Below, piece after piece: positions 11,146-21,106 of a stretch of DNA of 32,000 nucleotides. The first letter of the stretch is position 1. Each line of letters begins with the position of its first letter. The stretch lies in the NCBI RefSeq assembly GCF_025725685.1, contig NZ_CP107008.1, positions 684,235 to 716,234 of the forward strand. Reading direction: 5' to 3'. The notes under the pieces are model-generated. The model searched no databases and was not told where the DNA came from. It was given only the letters and a program-made list of their open reading frames with translations. The stretch is from Halomonas sp. M4R1S46 (lineage in GTDB: Bacteria; Pseudomonadota; Gammaproteobacteria; Pseudomonadales; Halomonadaceae). The translations under genes were made by a program, and so were the position numbers.

Positions 11146-12975
11146 ATGACCGAATCCGCACCGCCCAGCCTGCGCCCCTACCAGCGCCAGGCGGTGACCC
11201 GCGTGGTCGAGCACTTCCGCATCACCGACGACCCCGCGGTGGTGGTACTGCCCACCGGCAGCGGCAAGTCGCTGGTGATCGCCGAGCTGGCGCGCCTGGC
11301 GCGTGGCCGGGTGCTGGTGCTGGCCCATGTGCGTGAGCTGGTCGAGCAGAATCATGCCAAGTACCTGGCCTACGGGCTCGAGGCGGACATCTTCAGTGCC
11401 GGCCTGGGCCGCAAGGAGGCCGGGCGGCAGGTGGTGTTCGGCTCGGTGCAGTCGGTGGTGCGCAACCTGGCGGCCTTCGAGTCCCCGGCGAACGGGGCGG
11501 GGGCCTTTACCCTGCTGGTGATCGACGAGTGTCATCGGGTCTCGCTGGACGAGGACTCCAGCTACCGTCGGGTCATCGCCCACCTGCGCGAGCGCAACCC
11601 GCGGCTCAAGGTGCTGGGCCTGACCGCCACGCCCTATCGCCTGGGGCAGGGCTTCCTCTATCACCGCCATTACCACGGCATGGTGCGTGGCGCCGAGGAC
11701 TGCTTCTTCCGCGACTGCGTCTTCGAGCAGCCGCTGCGGCTGATGGTCAAGCAGGGCTATCTCGCCGCCCCCCGCCTGGTAGACGCCGCCGTGGAACGCT
11801 ACGACTTCTCGGCGCTCGCGCCGGGCAGCGGCGGCCTGTTCCAGGAGGCGGAGCTGAACCGGGTGGCGGCCGGCCATCGCGCGACGCCGGCGATCATCGA
11901 GGAGGTGGTCGCCCATGGCGCCGAGCGGGCCGGGGTGATGCTGTTCGCCGCCACCGTGGCCCATGCCGAGGAGGTCCTCGGCTACCTGCCGGCCGGCGAG
12001 GCGGCGCTGATCACCGGCGCCACGCCTACCGCCGAGCGCGAGGCGATCATCGCCGCCTTCAAGGCCCGCGAACTCAAGTACCTGGTCAACGTGGCGGTGC
12101 TCACCACCGGCTTCGATGCGCCCCATGTCGACCTGATCGCCATCCTGCGGCCCACCGAGTCGGTGGGGCTCTACCAGCAGATCGTCGGTCGCGGCCTGCG
12201 CCTCGCCCCCGGCAAGGTCGATTGCCTGATCCTCGACTATGCCGGCAACCCCTGGGATCTCTATGCCCCCGAGGTGGGCAGCCCCAGGCCCGCGGCGGAC
12301 ACCGAGCCGGTGCAGGTCGAGTGCCCCCAGTGCGGCCATGCCAACCTCTTCTGGGGGCGGCGCGACGGCGAGCTGGTCATCGAGCACTTCGGGCGTCGCT
12401 GCCAGGGACTCGTTGACGGTGCATCGAGTGCCCTGCCCGAGCACGAGCAACGCGGCGCGGCTTCGGGCGCCTGCAAGAAGCGCCAGTGCGACTTTCGCTA
12501 TCGCTTCAAGGTCTGCGATCAGTGCGGCGCCGAGAACGACACCGCCGCGCGGCGCTGCCACGGCTGCGAGGCGCTGCTGGTGGATGCCGACGACAAGCTG
12601 CGCGAGGCGCTCAAGCTGCGCGACGCCCGGGTGCTGCGCGTCTCGGGCATGGCGCTTGCGGCCACGGTCAACGGCCGCGGCCTGCCACGGCTCAAGGTCG
12701 TCTACCATGACGAGGACGGCGCCACCCTCAGCGAGTGGTTCGCCCTGGAGACCCCGGCCCAGCGCGGCGCCTTCGCCGCGGTCTTCCTGCGCGATCACCT
12801 GCGGGCGCCGGGCAGCCGCTGGTCGCCCACCAGCCCCGAGGAGGTCATCCGCGAACAGCGCCGGCTGCGGGCGCCGGACTTCGTGATCGGCCGCAAGGTC
12901 GGTCGGCACTGGCAAGTGCGGCGCAAGCTCTTCGACTACACCGGGCGCCATCGGCTCGCCGCCGAGGCCGGGTGA
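11146..12975 (+). CDS. radD: DEAD/DEAH-box helicase RadD (YejH)
   Basis: [11 protein letters not shown] (Walker A), VIDECHR (DEAH-like), [13 protein letters not shown] (motif VI), C-terminal Cys4 zinc elements [11 protein letters not shown] / [19 protein letters not shown]. Confidence 0.88.
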   Translation: MTESAPPSLRPYQRQAVTRVVEHFRITDDPAVVVLPTGSGKSLVIAELARLARGRVLVLAHVRELVEQNHAKYLAYGLEADIFSAGLGRKEAGRQVVFGSVQSVVRNLAAFESPANGAGAFTLLVIDECHRVSLDEDSSYRRVIAHLRERNPRLKVLGLTATPYRLGQGFLYHRHYHGMVRGAEDCFFRDCVFEQPLRLMVKQGYLAAPRLVDAAVERYDFSALAPGSGGLFQEAELNRVAAGHRATPAIIEEVVAHGAERAGVMLFAATVAHAEEVLGYLPAGEAALITGATPTAEREAIIAAFKARELKYLVNVAVLTTGFDAPHVDLIAILRPTESVGLYQQIVGRGLRLAPGKVDCLILDYAGNPWDLYAPEVGSPRPAADTEPVQVECPQCGHANLFWGRRDGELVIEHFGRRCQGLVDGASSALPEHEQRGAASGACKKRQCDFRYRFKVCDQCGAENDTAARRCHGCEALLVDADDKLREALKLRDARVLRVSGMALAATVNGRGLPRLKVVYHDEDGATLSEWFALETPAQRGAFAAVFLRDHLRAPGSRWSPTSPEEVIREQRRLRAPDFVIGRKVGRHWQVRRKLFDYTGRHRLAAEAG

Positions 12976-13012
12976 GTCGCGGCTTACCCTGGGGCGCGCC
13001 CCTTGGTAGACT

Positions 13013-14029
13013 GTGCGGTCGATCATTCGCCGCCCAACCAGCCCGGAGGCCAGGCCCCGCGTGAGCGAGACGCCATCGTCCATCGAAGCGCCCGATGCCC
13101 CGCCGGGGAGCGGCGGCGCCGCGGCCGAGCCCAGTGCGGCGGAGCAGAGCGCGGCGGTGCTCGGCCGGCTGTTCGACGAGCCGATCACCCAGCTGCCCGA
13201 GGATCTCTACATCCCGCCGGAGGCCCTGCGGGTCTTCCTCGAGGCCTTCGAGGGGCCGCTGGACCTGTTGCTCTACCTGATCCGGCGGCAGAACCTGGAT
13301 ATCCTGGCCATCGACGTGGCCGCCATCACCCGCCAGTACATCGAGTACGTGGAGCTGATGAAGGCCATGGAGATCGAGCTGGCCGGCGAGTACCTGCTGA
13401 TGGCGGCGATGCTCGCCGAGATCAAGTCGCGGACCCTGCTGCCCAAGCCGCCCAAGGAGGGCGGCGACGACGAGGAGGAGGACCCGCGGGCCGAGCTGAT
13501 CCGGCGCCTGCAGGAGTACGAGCGGCTCAAGAATGCCGCGGAGGCGCTGGCCGAGCTGCCGCGGCTGGGCCGCGACTGGTTCCCGGCCCGGGCGGCGCTG
13601 CCGCCCCTGGAGTCGCGGGTGGTGCACCCGGACGTGGAACTCGACGAGCTGCTGGGGGCGCTGGCCGGCATCCTGCGCCGCGCCGAGCTCAACCAGGCCC
13701 ACCAGGTCAGCCGCGAGGTGCTGTCGACCCGGGAGCGTATGCTGGCGATCATGGAGCGCCTGCATCACGAGCACTACACCCCCTTCGAGGCGCTGTTCCG
13801 CCTCGAGGAAGGCCGCTCCGGGGTGGTCGTCACCTTCATGGCGATCCTCGAGCTGGCCAAGGAGGCGATGATCGAGATCGTGCAGAACGCGCCGCTCTCG
13901 CCGATCCATGTGCGGGCCCGGGTGGCCGCGGAGGAGGAGGGCGACGAGGGGGCGGCGTTCGACGACACCGGCGAGGAGGGCGAGAGCGCCTTCGCGCCGC
14001 AGGACGACGATGGGAGCGAGCCGCCATGA
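13013..14029 (+). CDS. scpA: Segregation and condensation protein A
   Basis: FEGPLDLLLYLIRRQNLDILAIDVAAITRQYIEYVE and LLMAAMLAEIKSRTLLP signatures; start may be internal (13061 region). Confidence 0.93.
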   Translation: MRSIIRRPTSPEARPRVSETPSSIEAPDAPPGSGGAAAEPSAAEQSAAVLGRLFDEPITQLPEDLYIPPEALRVFLEAFEGPLDLLLYLIRRQNLDILAIDVAAITRQYIEYVELMKAMEIELAGEYLLMAAMLAEIKSRTLLPKPPKEGGDDEEEDPRAELIRRLQEYERLKNAAEALAELPRLGRDWFPARAALPPLESRVVHPDVELDELLGALAGILRRAELNQAHQVSREVLSTRERMLAIMERLHHEHYTPFEALFRLEEGRSGVVVTFMAILELAKEAMIEIVQNAPLSPIHVRARVAAEEEGDEGAAFDDTGEEGESAFAPQDDDGSEPP

Positions 14030-14925
14030 CCGCCATGGAATTCCCCGATGCCCTGGACGAGATCCTCGAGGCCGCCCTGCTGGCGTCCGGCGAACCGCTC
14101 TCGCTGGAGCGCCTCGAGGCGCTCTTCGACGACCACGAGCGCCCGCCGCGGCGGGCGCTGCGGGAGGCCCTGGGACGGGTCGAGGTGCGCCACGAGCGCG
14201 GCGCCATGGAGCTGCTCGAGACCGCCTCGGGCTACCAGCTGCGCATCCGGCCGCGGCTCTCGCCCTGGGTGTCGCGGCTGTGGGATGAGCGCCCGCAGCG
14301 CTACTCCCGGGCGCTGCTCGAGACCCTGGCGCTGATCGCCTATCGCCAGCCGGTGACCCGCGGCGACATCGAGGAGGTGCGCGGCGTCACGGTGAGTGGC
14401 TCGATCATGCGCACCCTGGTCGACCGCGGCTGGGTGCGGGTGGTGGGGCATCGGGACGTGCCGGGCCGCCCGGCGGTCTATGCCACCACCCGGGCCTTTC
14501 TCGACGACTTCGGCCTCAAGACCCTCGACGAGCTGCCGCCGATGCACGAACTCAAGGGCTTCGATGCCCCCGAGGAGGGCCTCGAGGATGCGCCGCCGCC
14601 GCCCCAGCACGAGCTGCTGTCCCAGGCGGATGCCCCGCCGGACGCGCCGGAGGAACCGGGCGAGACGCCGGCGGCGGACGATCCACCAGACGACACGGCG
14701 TCGCCCGAGAGCGGCGACGCCGTGGCCACGGAGGCCCAGGAGGCCGCCGCGGCCAGCGAGACGACGGCCGGGACGGCCGACGATTCCCACGCCGGGACGG
14801 CGTCAGCACGGACGGGCCTGAGCTTTGCCGACCTCGAGGCTCGCCTGTCCGAACGTGCCCGGGGCCGCGTCGACGATGACGCTGCCGCGGGGACGGAATC
14901 CACTACCAGCGAGACAGACGACTGA
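14026..14925 (+). CDS. scpB: Segregation and condensation protein B
   Basis: ATGA overlap with scpA; [25 protein letters not shown]...[25 protein letters not shown]; the track merges it into the spurious longer ORF 13003..14925. Confidence 0.93.
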   Translation: MTAMEFPDALDEILEAALLASGEPLSLERLEALFDDHERPPRRALREALGRVEVRHERGAMELLETASGYQLRIRPRLSPWVSRLWDERPQRYSRALLETLALIAYRQPVTRGDIEEVRGVTVSGSIMRTLVDRGWVRVVGHRDVPGRPAVYATTRAFLDDFGLKTLDELPPMHELKGFDAPEEGLEDAPPPPQHELLSQADAPPDAPEEPGETPAADDPPDDTASPESGDAVATEAQEAAAASETTAGTADDSHAGTASARTGLSFADLEARLSERARGRVDDDAAAGTESTTSETDD

Positions 14926-15776
14926 TGAGCACCACCACCGAGAAACTGCAGAAGGTCCTGGCCCGGGCGGGCCTGGGGTCGCGCCGCGAGATGGAAGCCG
15001 CCATCGCCGATGGGCGGGTCAAGGTCAATGGCCAGGTGGCGACCCTGGGCGATCGCATCGAGAGCCGCGACCGGGTGGCCCTCGATGACCGGCCGGTGAC
15101 CCTGCGGGCCGCCGACGAGGTGCCGCGCCGGGTGATCATGTACAACAAGCCCGAAGGCGAGCTGTGCACCCGCAAGGATCCCGAGGGGCGCCGCACCGTC
15201 TTCGACCGGCTGCCACGCCTCAAGGGCGAGCGCTGGATCGCCATCGGCCGGCTGGACATCAACACCAGCGGCCTGCTGCTGTTCACCACCGACGGCGAGC
15301 TGGCCAACCGCCTGATGCACCCCTCCACCCAGATCGAGCGCGAGTACGCCGTCCGGGTGATGGGCGCGGTCAAGCCGGATCAGGTCAAGGCCATGGTCGA
15401 GGGGGTGATGCTCGACGATGGCCCGGCCCGCTTCACCGATGTCCAGGAGTTCGGCGGCGAGGGCATCAATACCTGGTTCCACGTGGTGATCATGGAAGGC
15501 CGCAACCGCGAGGTGCGCCGGCTGTGGGAGTCCCAGGGGCTGACGGTCAGCCGCCTCAAGCGGGTGCGCTACGGTAATATCTTCCTCGACAAGCGCGCCA
15601 AGGCCAGCGAGTGGGTGGAGCTTAGCCAGGACGAGATCGACGACCTGGCCGAGATGGCCGGGCTGCCGCCGCGCAAGGTGCCGGAGCTGACGCCCGACGA
15701 GAAGAACCGCTGGAGTCGCGACAAGCACAAGCGCCGGCCGGTGCAGGCGATGCGCAAGCCCAAGGCACGTCGTTAG
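14925..15776 (+). CDS. rluB: 23S rRNA pseudouridine(2605) synthase RluB
   Basis: S4 domain ([25 protein letters not shown]) plus [26 protein letters not shown]; TGATG overlap with scpB. Confidence 0.95.
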   Translation: MSTTTEKLQKVLARAGLGSRREMEAAIADGRVKVNGQVATLGDRIESRDRVALDDRPVTLRAADEVPRRVIMYNKPEGELCTRKDPEGRRTVFDRLPRLKGERWIAIGRLDINTSGLLLFTTDGELANRLMHPSTQIEREYAVRVMGAVKPDQVKAMVEGVMLDDGPARFTDVQEFGGEGINTWFHVVIMEGRNREVRRLWESQGLTVSRLKRVRYGNIFLDKRAKASEWVELSQDEIDDLAEMAGLPPRKVPELTPDEKNRWSRDKHKRRPVQAMRKPKARR

Positions 15777-15829
15777 GGGGCTGTTGCGCCCCGGCCGGGG
15801 GAGGCGGGTGCCGGAAGGCAAAAAAGTCC

Positions 15830-15858
15830 TTGCCAGGCCGGGGGCATATCCGTATTAT
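15830..15858 (+). promoter_or_regulatory. Sigma70-type promoter for the tRNA-Lys pair
   Basis: TTGCCA - 17 bp - TATTAT, 16 nt upstream of the first tRNA-Lys. Confidence 0.7.
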
Positions 15859-15874
15859 CTGCACCCGTTCGGAC

Positions 15875-15950
15875 GGGTCGTTAGCTCAGTTGGTAGAGCA
15901 GTTGGCTTTTAACCAATTGGTCGTAGGTTCGAATCCTACACGACCCACCA
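15875..15950 (+). tRNA. tRNA-Lys (anticodon TTT), copy 1
   Basis: GGGTCGTTAGCTCAGTTGGTAGAGCAGTTGGCTTTTAACCAATTGGTCGTAGGTTCGAATCCTACACGACCCACCA; loop CTTTTAA. Confidence 0.98.
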
Positions 15951-15980
15951 TCCGAGCCTGTATGCTTGCCTGCAAGCACT

Positions 15981-16056
15981 GGGTCGTTAGCTCAGTTGGT
16001 AGAGCAGTTGGCTTTTAACCAATTGGTCGTAGGTTCGAATCCTACACGACCCACCA
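15981..16056 (+). tRNA. tRNA-Lys (anticodon TTT), copy 2; 3' end is the likely attachment site of the downstream element
   Basis: Identical 76-nt sequence to copy 1; followed by terminator and an integrase gene in the same orientation. Confidence 0.97.
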
Positions 16057-16102
16057 GACATAGGTTTCTGGACTTCCCAAGAAGCACCAGAAACCCAGCA
16101 AG

Positions 16103-16125
16103 AAAGGGCCTTCGGGCCCTTTTTT
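16103..16125 (+). terminator. Intrinsic terminator after tRNA-Lys
   Basis: AGGGCC-TTCG-GGCCCT followed by TTTTT. Confidence 0.9.
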
Positions 16126-16170
16126 GTTGCCTGCCGTTCCCGTGCCTGCCCTTGACATCCTGCATGCTAC

Positions 16171-16189
16171 GGGGGCATATCTGGGGGCA
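16171..16189 (+). repeat. Candidate integrase arm-type site, left copy
   Basis: GGGGGCATATCTGGGGGCA, identical to 31918..31936; itself holds two GGGGGCA units 12 bp apart. Confidence 0.75.
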
Positions 16190-16221
16190 GAACCCTGCCC
16201 GGCCCGGGAGGTGCCCCCACC

Positions 16222-17469
16222 ATGTCGACCCTGCGCCAGCTCAACAAGCTGACCGCCACCGCCGTCCGCAACGCCAAGCCCCGCGAGAAGACGTACCGCC
16301 TGGCTGACGGTGGGGGCATGTACCTGGAAATCACGCCAGCTGGGGGCATGTACTGGCGGCTGAAGTACCGCCACCATGGCAAGGAGAAGCGCCTGGCGAT
16401 CGGCGTCTATGGCGAGGGTGCCGGCAAGGTGTCGCTCGCCCAGGCCCGCAATGCCCGCGACGAGGCCAAGGAGATGCTGGCGCAGGGACTGGACCCCAGC
16501 ACCGCCAAGCGGCTCGCCAAGGAGCAGGGCAGGGCGGACGCCGATAACACCTTCAAGGCCGTGGCCACCGAGTGGCTGGAGCACATCCACAAGCATGAGG
16601 TGGTGCCCGCCCACTACGACCGCAACAAGCGCCGCCTCGAGCGCGACATCTTCCCCACCCTGGGCCACCGGCCGGTCGGCGAGATCTCTCCTCCCGAGCT
16701 GCTGGACTGCCTGCGTAAGGTCGAGAAGCGGGGGCACCTGGAGACCGCCTCGAGGATCAAGACCGTCTGCGGCCAGGTGTTCCGCTACGCCATCTCGACC
16801 GGCAAGGCCCGGCGCGACCCCGCGGCCGACCTGCGTGGCACCCTGCGGCGCGCCAGGACCCGGCACTTCGCCGCCGTCACCGATCCCAAGGAGATTCCCG
16901 CCTTGCTGCGGGCCATCGACGGCTATGGGGGCACGCCGGTGGTGGTGGCCGCCCTCAACCTGTCGCCCCTGGTCTTCGTCCGTCCGGGTGAGCTGCGCCA
17001 CGCCAAGTGGGCCGACTTCGACCTGGAGGCGGCGACCTGGTCCTTCCAGCCCAGCAAGAAGGCCGACCCCCTGATAGTGCCGTTGCCCAGCCAGGCGGTG
17101 GAGATCCTGCGCGACCTGCAGGGCCTCACCGGCCGCGGCGACTACGTGTTCCCCAACATCCGCGACAGCAAGCGCCCGATGAGTGACAGCACCATCGGCG
17201 CCGCCCTGGACACCATCGGCTACAAGAACCGGATGACCGCCCACGGCTTCCGGGCCATGGCCAGGACCGTGCTCGCTGAGCGCCTCGGCTACCCCGAGCA
17301 GTACATCGAGCAGCAGCTGGCGCACAAGGTCCGTGACGCCAACGGCCGAGCCTACAACCGGACCAAGTACCTGGAGCAGCGCCGGGAGATGCTGCAGAGC
17401 TGGGCCGACTACCTGGACGCCATGCGCGATGGCGCCGGCAATGTGGTGCCGATCCGGGGGGGAGCGTGA
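16222..17469 (+). CDS. int: Tyrosine-type integrase, P4-like (DUF4102 N-terminal arm-binding domain)
   Basis: KLTATAVRNAKPREKTYRLADGGGMYLEITPAGGMYWRLKYR; catalytic-domain features RPGELRHAKW, MTAHGFRAMART, HKVRDANGRAYNRTKY. Confidence 0.95.
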   Translation: MSTLRQLNKLTATAVRNAKPREKTYRLADGGGMYLEITPAGGMYWRLKYRHHGKEKRLAIGVYGEGAGKVSLAQARNARDEAKEMLAQGLDPSTAKRLAKEQGRADADNTFKAVATEWLEHIHKHEVVPAHYDRNKRRLERDIFPTLGHRPVGEISPPELLDCLRKVEKRGHLETASRIKTVCGQVFRYAISTGKARRDPAADLRGTLRRARTRHFAAVTDPKEIPALLRAIDGYGGTPVVVAALNLSPLVFVRPGELRHAKWADFDLEAATWSFQPSKKADPLIVPLPSQAVEILRDLQGLTGRGDYVFPNIRDSKRPMSDSTIGAALDTIGYKNRMTAHGFRAMARTVLAERLGYPEQYIEQQLAHKVRDANGRAYNRTKYLEQRREMLQSWADYLDAMRDGAGNVVPIRGGA

Positions 17470-18041
17470 AGAAAGAGTACGGACTGCTGGCGCCTGTTAT
17501 CGCCAAGCTGGAGAGCTGGACCTCGGAGGATGCCATACACGCCTATCACGAGTGGCTCGAGGATGGAGGAAGCTTTGAGGCCGTCTCCAACCCTGTTATC
17601 CAGTGGCATGTATGGCACGAAGATCTGCCGTGTCTTCGAGAACGATATGAGCGAGGGGATTCGCTGGCGCTACTAAAGGCGGTGGAACGCTGCGCCGTGA
17701 TAGGCCTGCCCTTTCCAACCTGGTGTAGAGAGGCGTACCTAAAGTCCTGGCGCAAGGCCTCTCAGTATGAGTGCCGCACACTGGATGAGGCATTCGATTA
17801 CGACATGAAGGGCATTAACCTTGCGAGGGCTAGAGAACGCTTCCTTCTCTCCGTGAAAGTCGCCAGTGAAGTGAGGCGTATGCTCAATTCCGGTAATACG
17901 GTGGAAAAGGCGCTTGGGGTTGTCGCTGAGCAAAACGACATCTCATTTTCGCGCGCTCGCGAGTGGTATTACGAATTGCGCGATGACCCGAGTGTTGCCC
18001 ACCTTCTTCCAGGAAAATCCGAAATCCCCCGGAAAGACTGA
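17466..18041 (+). CDS. Hypothetical protein, 191 aa, translationally coupled to int (GTG start)
   Basis: GTGA overlap with the int stop codon; intact ORF. Confidence 0.65.
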   Translation: MKKEYGLLAPVIAKLESWTSEDAIHAYHEWLEDGGSFEAVSNPVIQWHVWHEDLPCLRERYERGDSLALLKAVERCAVIGLPFPTWCREAYLKSWRKASQYECRTLDEAFDYDMKGINLARARERFLLSVKVASEVRRMLNSGNTVEKALGVVAEQNDISFSRAREWYYELRDDPSVAHLLPGKSEIPRKD

Positions 18042-18098
18042 GCGCACCGCCCCCACCATCCTTAGCCATGCCCATAAGCAACCAAGGAGCACCCTGGC

Positions 18099-18317
18099 AT
18101 GGCTGGCAACGATACCCCCACCAAGCGCCTGATCAAGCGCCCCGAGGTTCGTGAGAAGACCTCCCTCAGTGACAGCGAACTGTATCGGCAGATGGCGGCC
18201 GGGACCTTCCCACGCGCCATTCGCCTGACCCCGAACGGCAGAGCGGTCGCCTGGCTCGAGTCCGAGGTAGATGCCTGGATCGAGAGCCGCCTGGTAGACC
18301 GCGAGGGGGTGGCCTGA
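18099..18317 (+). CDS. alpA: AlpA-family transcriptional regulator (72 aa)
   Basis: KRLIKRPEVREKTSLSDSELYRQMAAGTFPRAIRLTPNGRAVAWLESEVDAWIESRL; RBS AAGGAG. Confidence 0.9.
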   Translation: MAGNDTPTKRLIKRPEVREKTSLSDSELYRQMAAGTFPRAIRLTPNGRAVAWLESEVDAWIESRLVDREGVA

Positions 18318-18409
18318 TGTTGACCGCTGACCCTACCCCCGGCTATGCTCCAACCGTCACGGCAAAATCCGTGACCCGGTTTGGCGACCGGAAATATCCA
18401 AGGCGCACC

Positions 18410-18438
18410 AGCGCCCTCCGCGAAACAGGCGCTTTTTT
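18410..18438 (+). terminator. Terminator-like hairpin upstream of the C4 RNA
   Basis: AGCGCC...GGCGCT followed by TTTTT. Confidence 0.6.
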
Positions 18439-18460
18439 CATGCCTGCACTTCGCGAATAT

Positions 18461-18535
18461 GGCGGCTGTGCGTGGGAGACCCTCGGGTCTGCCGGTTCCC
18501 TTGGATGCCGGTTCGCCAACCTGCGTACAGCCGCC
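18461..18535 (+). ncRNA. C4-type antisense RNA (P1/P7/P4 immunity family)
   Basis: Closing stem GGCGGCTGT/ACAGCCGCC, inner hairpin AGACCC-TC-GGGTCT, loop segments CCTTGGAT and TCGCCAA complementary to flanking target sites. Confidence 0.85.
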
Positions 18536-18592
18536 CCCAATCACTGTTTGGCGACAGTCGGGGACGGTTCCATCATCCAAGGAGCCCTACCC

Positions 18593-18763
18593 ATGAACAA
18601 CCCCACCCGCAATCCGTCTGCGCGCGCCGCTGCCCACCGGGCCATGGCGAGAGCCGCCCTGTTCAGCGACACCAGCGCCAGCACCCGCCTGAAGCGTTAC
18701 AACCACCACATCACCAAGGCCCGCGCCCTGGAAGCCCCTGCCGGCCAAGGGGAGGCATCATGA
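18593..18763 (+). CDS. Icd-like small protein (56 aa), predicted target of C4 RNA control
   Basis: MNNPTRNPSARAAAHRAMARAALFSDTSASTRLKRYNHHITKARALEA; start directly downstream of the C4-complementary RBS. Confidence 0.65.
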   Translation: MNNPTRNPSARAAAHRAMARAALFSDTSASTRLKRYNHHITKARALEAPAGQGEAS

Positions 18764-19098
18764 GCGCCTTCAACGTCTACCTGGCCCGAACTACCACTGA
18801 GATCGAGATCCACGCCCCAAGCTGGCGCGAGGCCCTCTACCGTGCGGGGCGGCCTGATGCGTGCATTGTTGCGCGACTTGGCCCCGGGAAGTTCGAGGCG
18901 ATCTTCAATCCTGACGCCCCCACAACCATCGGCTGCCGTGCCCGGTGCGCGTCCGATGCGGAGGCGCTTCGCTGGACGCTTGCGAGCGTCGCCCACCAGG
19001 TAGCCCAGAGGGAAGCCGCCCGCCGCGCCCTGGCCGAATTTGCCGACGGCGTCGAACCGGGCACCTACCAGCCGGCCGGCAAAAGGGGGCAATCATGA
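18760..19098 (+). CDS. Hypothetical phage-like protein (112 aa)
   Basis: ATGA coupling with the Icd-like ORF; GGAGG RBS. Confidence 0.65.
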   Translation: MSAFNVYLARTTTEIEIHAPSWREALYRAGRPDACIVARLGPGKFEAIFNPDAPTTIGCRARCASDAEALRWTLASVAHQVAQREAARRALAEFADGVEPGTYQPAGKRGQS

Positions 19099-19322
19099 GC
19101 CACCTGACCCGTGACAACAGCAAGGCCGAGGACATCGAGGAGATTGTCTCGGCCATCCACGGCATCGCCCGCCTGGTCAACGAGGACCTGGCGCGCAAGC
19201 CCTCTGCGAACACCCAGCCCTTCCTCGGCGAAACCGAGCTCGGTGACTTGATGCTCGCCGTCGAGCACCTGTGCTCCTATGCCGAGGGCATTGCCGAGGA
19301 CATTGGGGAGGGCAAGTCATGA
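19095..19322 (+). CDS. Small hypothetical protein (75 aa)
   Basis: ATGA coupling; acidic helical sequence. Confidence 0.6.
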   Translation: MSHLTRDNSKAEDIEEIVSAIHGIARLVNEDLARKPSANTQPFLGETELGDLMLAVEHLCSYAEGIAEDIGEGKS

Positions 19323-19540
19323 CCCCGACCGACATCACCATGGACATCGGCGCCACCGGCCTGGTGGATGCCATCGATCGCACCCGCTATGCCATGGCCA
19401 AGCAGGTACCGAGTGTTGCGGATGAGCTGGCCACCAACTATGGCCCGCTGGTGCTCACTGCCCACGAACAAGCCGACCTGCGGATATTCCTCGACGAGAT
19501 GCTCCGTCGCCGGATGGGGATCCTGGAGGCGCAGCTATGA
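19319..19540 (+). CDS. Small hypothetical protein (73 aa)
   Basis: ATGA coupling with the preceding and following ORFs. Confidence 0.55.
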   Translation: MTPTDITMDIGATGLVDAIDRTRYAMAKQVPSVADELATNYGPLVLTAHEQADLRIFLDEMLRRRMGILEAQL

Positions 19541-20061
19541 CGACCCCGCAATCGACAGCGCCCCGCCGGCAGGGCGGGGCACCTAAAGCGAGTTTTGGAA
19601 GGGCTCCACAGCAGTCTAGCGCGCTCGGCGCCGACGTGCACCGGCTGCTGGCGCGACTGGACAAGGTGAAGACCAACGGCCCGGAGCGCTGGCTGGCCTG
19701 CTGCCCTGCGCACGACGACCGCTCACCGAGCCTGGCCATCCGTGAGACCGAGGACGGCACGATCCTGGTGAAGTGCTTCACCGGCTGCCCGACCGCTGAT
19801 GTGTTGGCCGCCGTGGGCATGGAGATGTACGAGCTATTCCCCAGGCGCGACAACGATGCCTTCCGCGCCAGCAAGCGCCCCGGGGAGCGATGGGTGCCCC
19901 GGGACGTGCTGGCCGCCATCGCCCGCGAGGCGTTGGTGGTCATGCTGGCAGCTGAGGCGGTCCACGCCGGCCGGCCCCTGGAGCGTGTCGACCTGGCTCG
20001 TCTGGCCAAGGCGTCCGGCCGGCTGCGTGGAGCTGCTGAGGAGGTGGGTTGCCATGTCTGA
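19537..20061 (+). CDS. Primase zinc-finger-type protein
   Basis: WLACCPAHDDRSPSLAI...GTILVKCFTGCPTADVLAAVG (CxxH...CxxC CHC2-like primase zinc motif). Confidence 0.85.
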   Translation: MTTPQSTAPRRQGGAPKASFGRAPQQSSALGADVHRLLARLDKVKTNGPERWLACCPAHDDRSPSLAIRETEDGTILVKCFTGCPTADVLAAVGMEMYELFPRRDNDAFRASKRPGERWVPRDVLAAIAREALVVMLAAEAVHAGRPLERVDLARLAKASGRLRGAAEEVGCHV

Positions 20062-21106
20062 ACACGATGCGGGAATCAGCTGGCTCGATAGGCAGGCGGC
20101 CACGGCGACGCGGCTGCGGCCAGCTCCCAGCGATGGGCCACCCACGCCCCCAGCCACCGCCTACGAGGCGACCGCCGCCGAGCTCCAGCTGAACCCCATC
20201 AGCCTGGGTGACTTCCTGAGCCTGGACATTCCACCGCGAACCATGCTGCTGGCGCCCTGGCTGCCTACCAGCGGCCTGGCCATGGTCTATGCGCCTCGAG
20301 GCATCGGCAAGACCTGGTTTGCGATGTATGCGGGCTATGCCGTGGCCGCGGGGGGATCGTTCCTCGGCTGGGAGGCGCCAGCACCGGCGCCCGTGCTCTA
20401 CCTGGACGGCGAGATGCCGGCTATCGCGCTTCAGGAGCGGTTCGCGAGCATCATCCAGAGCACGGAGTACGAGGCGGCGCCCGAGGCCCTGCAGCTGCTG
20501 ACCCCTGACCTCCAGCCCAAGGGGATGCCGGATCTCTCGACCCTCGAGGGGCAGCTGGCGCTGGAGCCCTTCACCGATCCCGCCCGCCTGATCGTGGTGG
20601 ACAACATCTCCACTCTCTGCCGGACCGGCAAAGAGAACGAGGGGGAGAGCTGGTTGATGGTGCAGGAGTGGGCGCTGCGCATGCGGGCCCAGGGCAAGAC
20701 CGTGCTCTTCGTCCACCACGCCGGCAAGGGCGGCCAGCAGCGGGGCACCAGCCGCCGCGAGGACGTGCTGGATACCGTCATCGCGCTCCGCTATCCGAAG
20801 GGTGAGGACGAGGATGCCCAGGGCGCCAAGTTCGAGCTGCATTTCGAGAAGAACCGCGGCTTCTATGGCGAGGACGCCAAGGGGCGCGAGATCGAGCTGG
20901 TGAGCGCTCCCAGCGGGGCCACCACCTGGTCCTGGCTCCCGCTGCAGGAGAGCACCTATCAGCGAGTCGTCGACCTGCTCAATGAAGGGCTGAGCCCGAC
21001 CGAGGCGGCCCGGGAGCTGGACATCCACAAGAGCACCGCCACCCGGTACCGAAAGCGCGCCGACCGCGATGGCCTGCTGGCCAAGAAGTCAGGGGGTGAG
21101 TCATGA
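20054..21106 (+). CDS. RepA-like AAA ATPase/helicase-loader type replication protein
   Basis: GLAMVYAPRGIGKTWFAMYAGYAVA (Walker A), LIVVDNIST (Walker B), VLFVHHAGKGGQQRGTSRREDVLDTVIAL; C-terminal HTH GLSPTEAARELDIHKSTATRYRKR. Confidence 0.88.
   Translation: MSEHDAGISWLDRQAATATRLRPAPSDGPPTPPATAYEATAAELQLNPISLGDFLSLDIPPRTMLLAPWLPTSGLAMVYAPRGIGKTWFAMYAGYAVAAGGSFLGWEAPAPAPVLYLDGEMPAIALQERFASIIQSTEYEAAPEALQLLTPDLQPKGMPDLSTLEGQLALEPFTDPARLIVVDNISTLCRTGKENEGESWLMVQEWALRMRAQGKTVLFVHHAGKGGQQRGTSRREDVLDTVIALRYPKGEDEDAQGAKFELHFEKNRGFYGEDAKGREIELVSAPSGATTWSWLPLQESTYQRVVDLLNEGLSPTEAARELDIHKSTATRYRKRADRDGLLAKKSGGES

Noticed and set aside
10987-13188. 733-aa minus-strand ORF antisense to radD
   Set aside because: Low-complexity, Gly/Ala/Arg/His-rich translation typical of GC-rich antisense frames; radD on the + strand has clear helicase motifs.
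13003-14025. N-terminal part of the 640-aa frame 13003..14925
   Set aside because: Only the portion from 14026 (ScpB) is genuine; the upstream part overlaps scpA out of frame.
15875-16056. The two identical tRNA-Lys copies as attL/attR of a small island
   Set aside because: Only 30 bp lies between complete tRNA genes sharing one promoter; more simply a native tandem tRNA pair.
18317-18592. N-terminal part of the 148-aa ORF 18317..18763 reading through the C4 RNA
   Set aside because: The segment overlaps the structured C4 RNA and its targets; the downstream start at 18593 with the C4-regulated RBS is preferred, though an Ash-like reading cannot be fully excluded.
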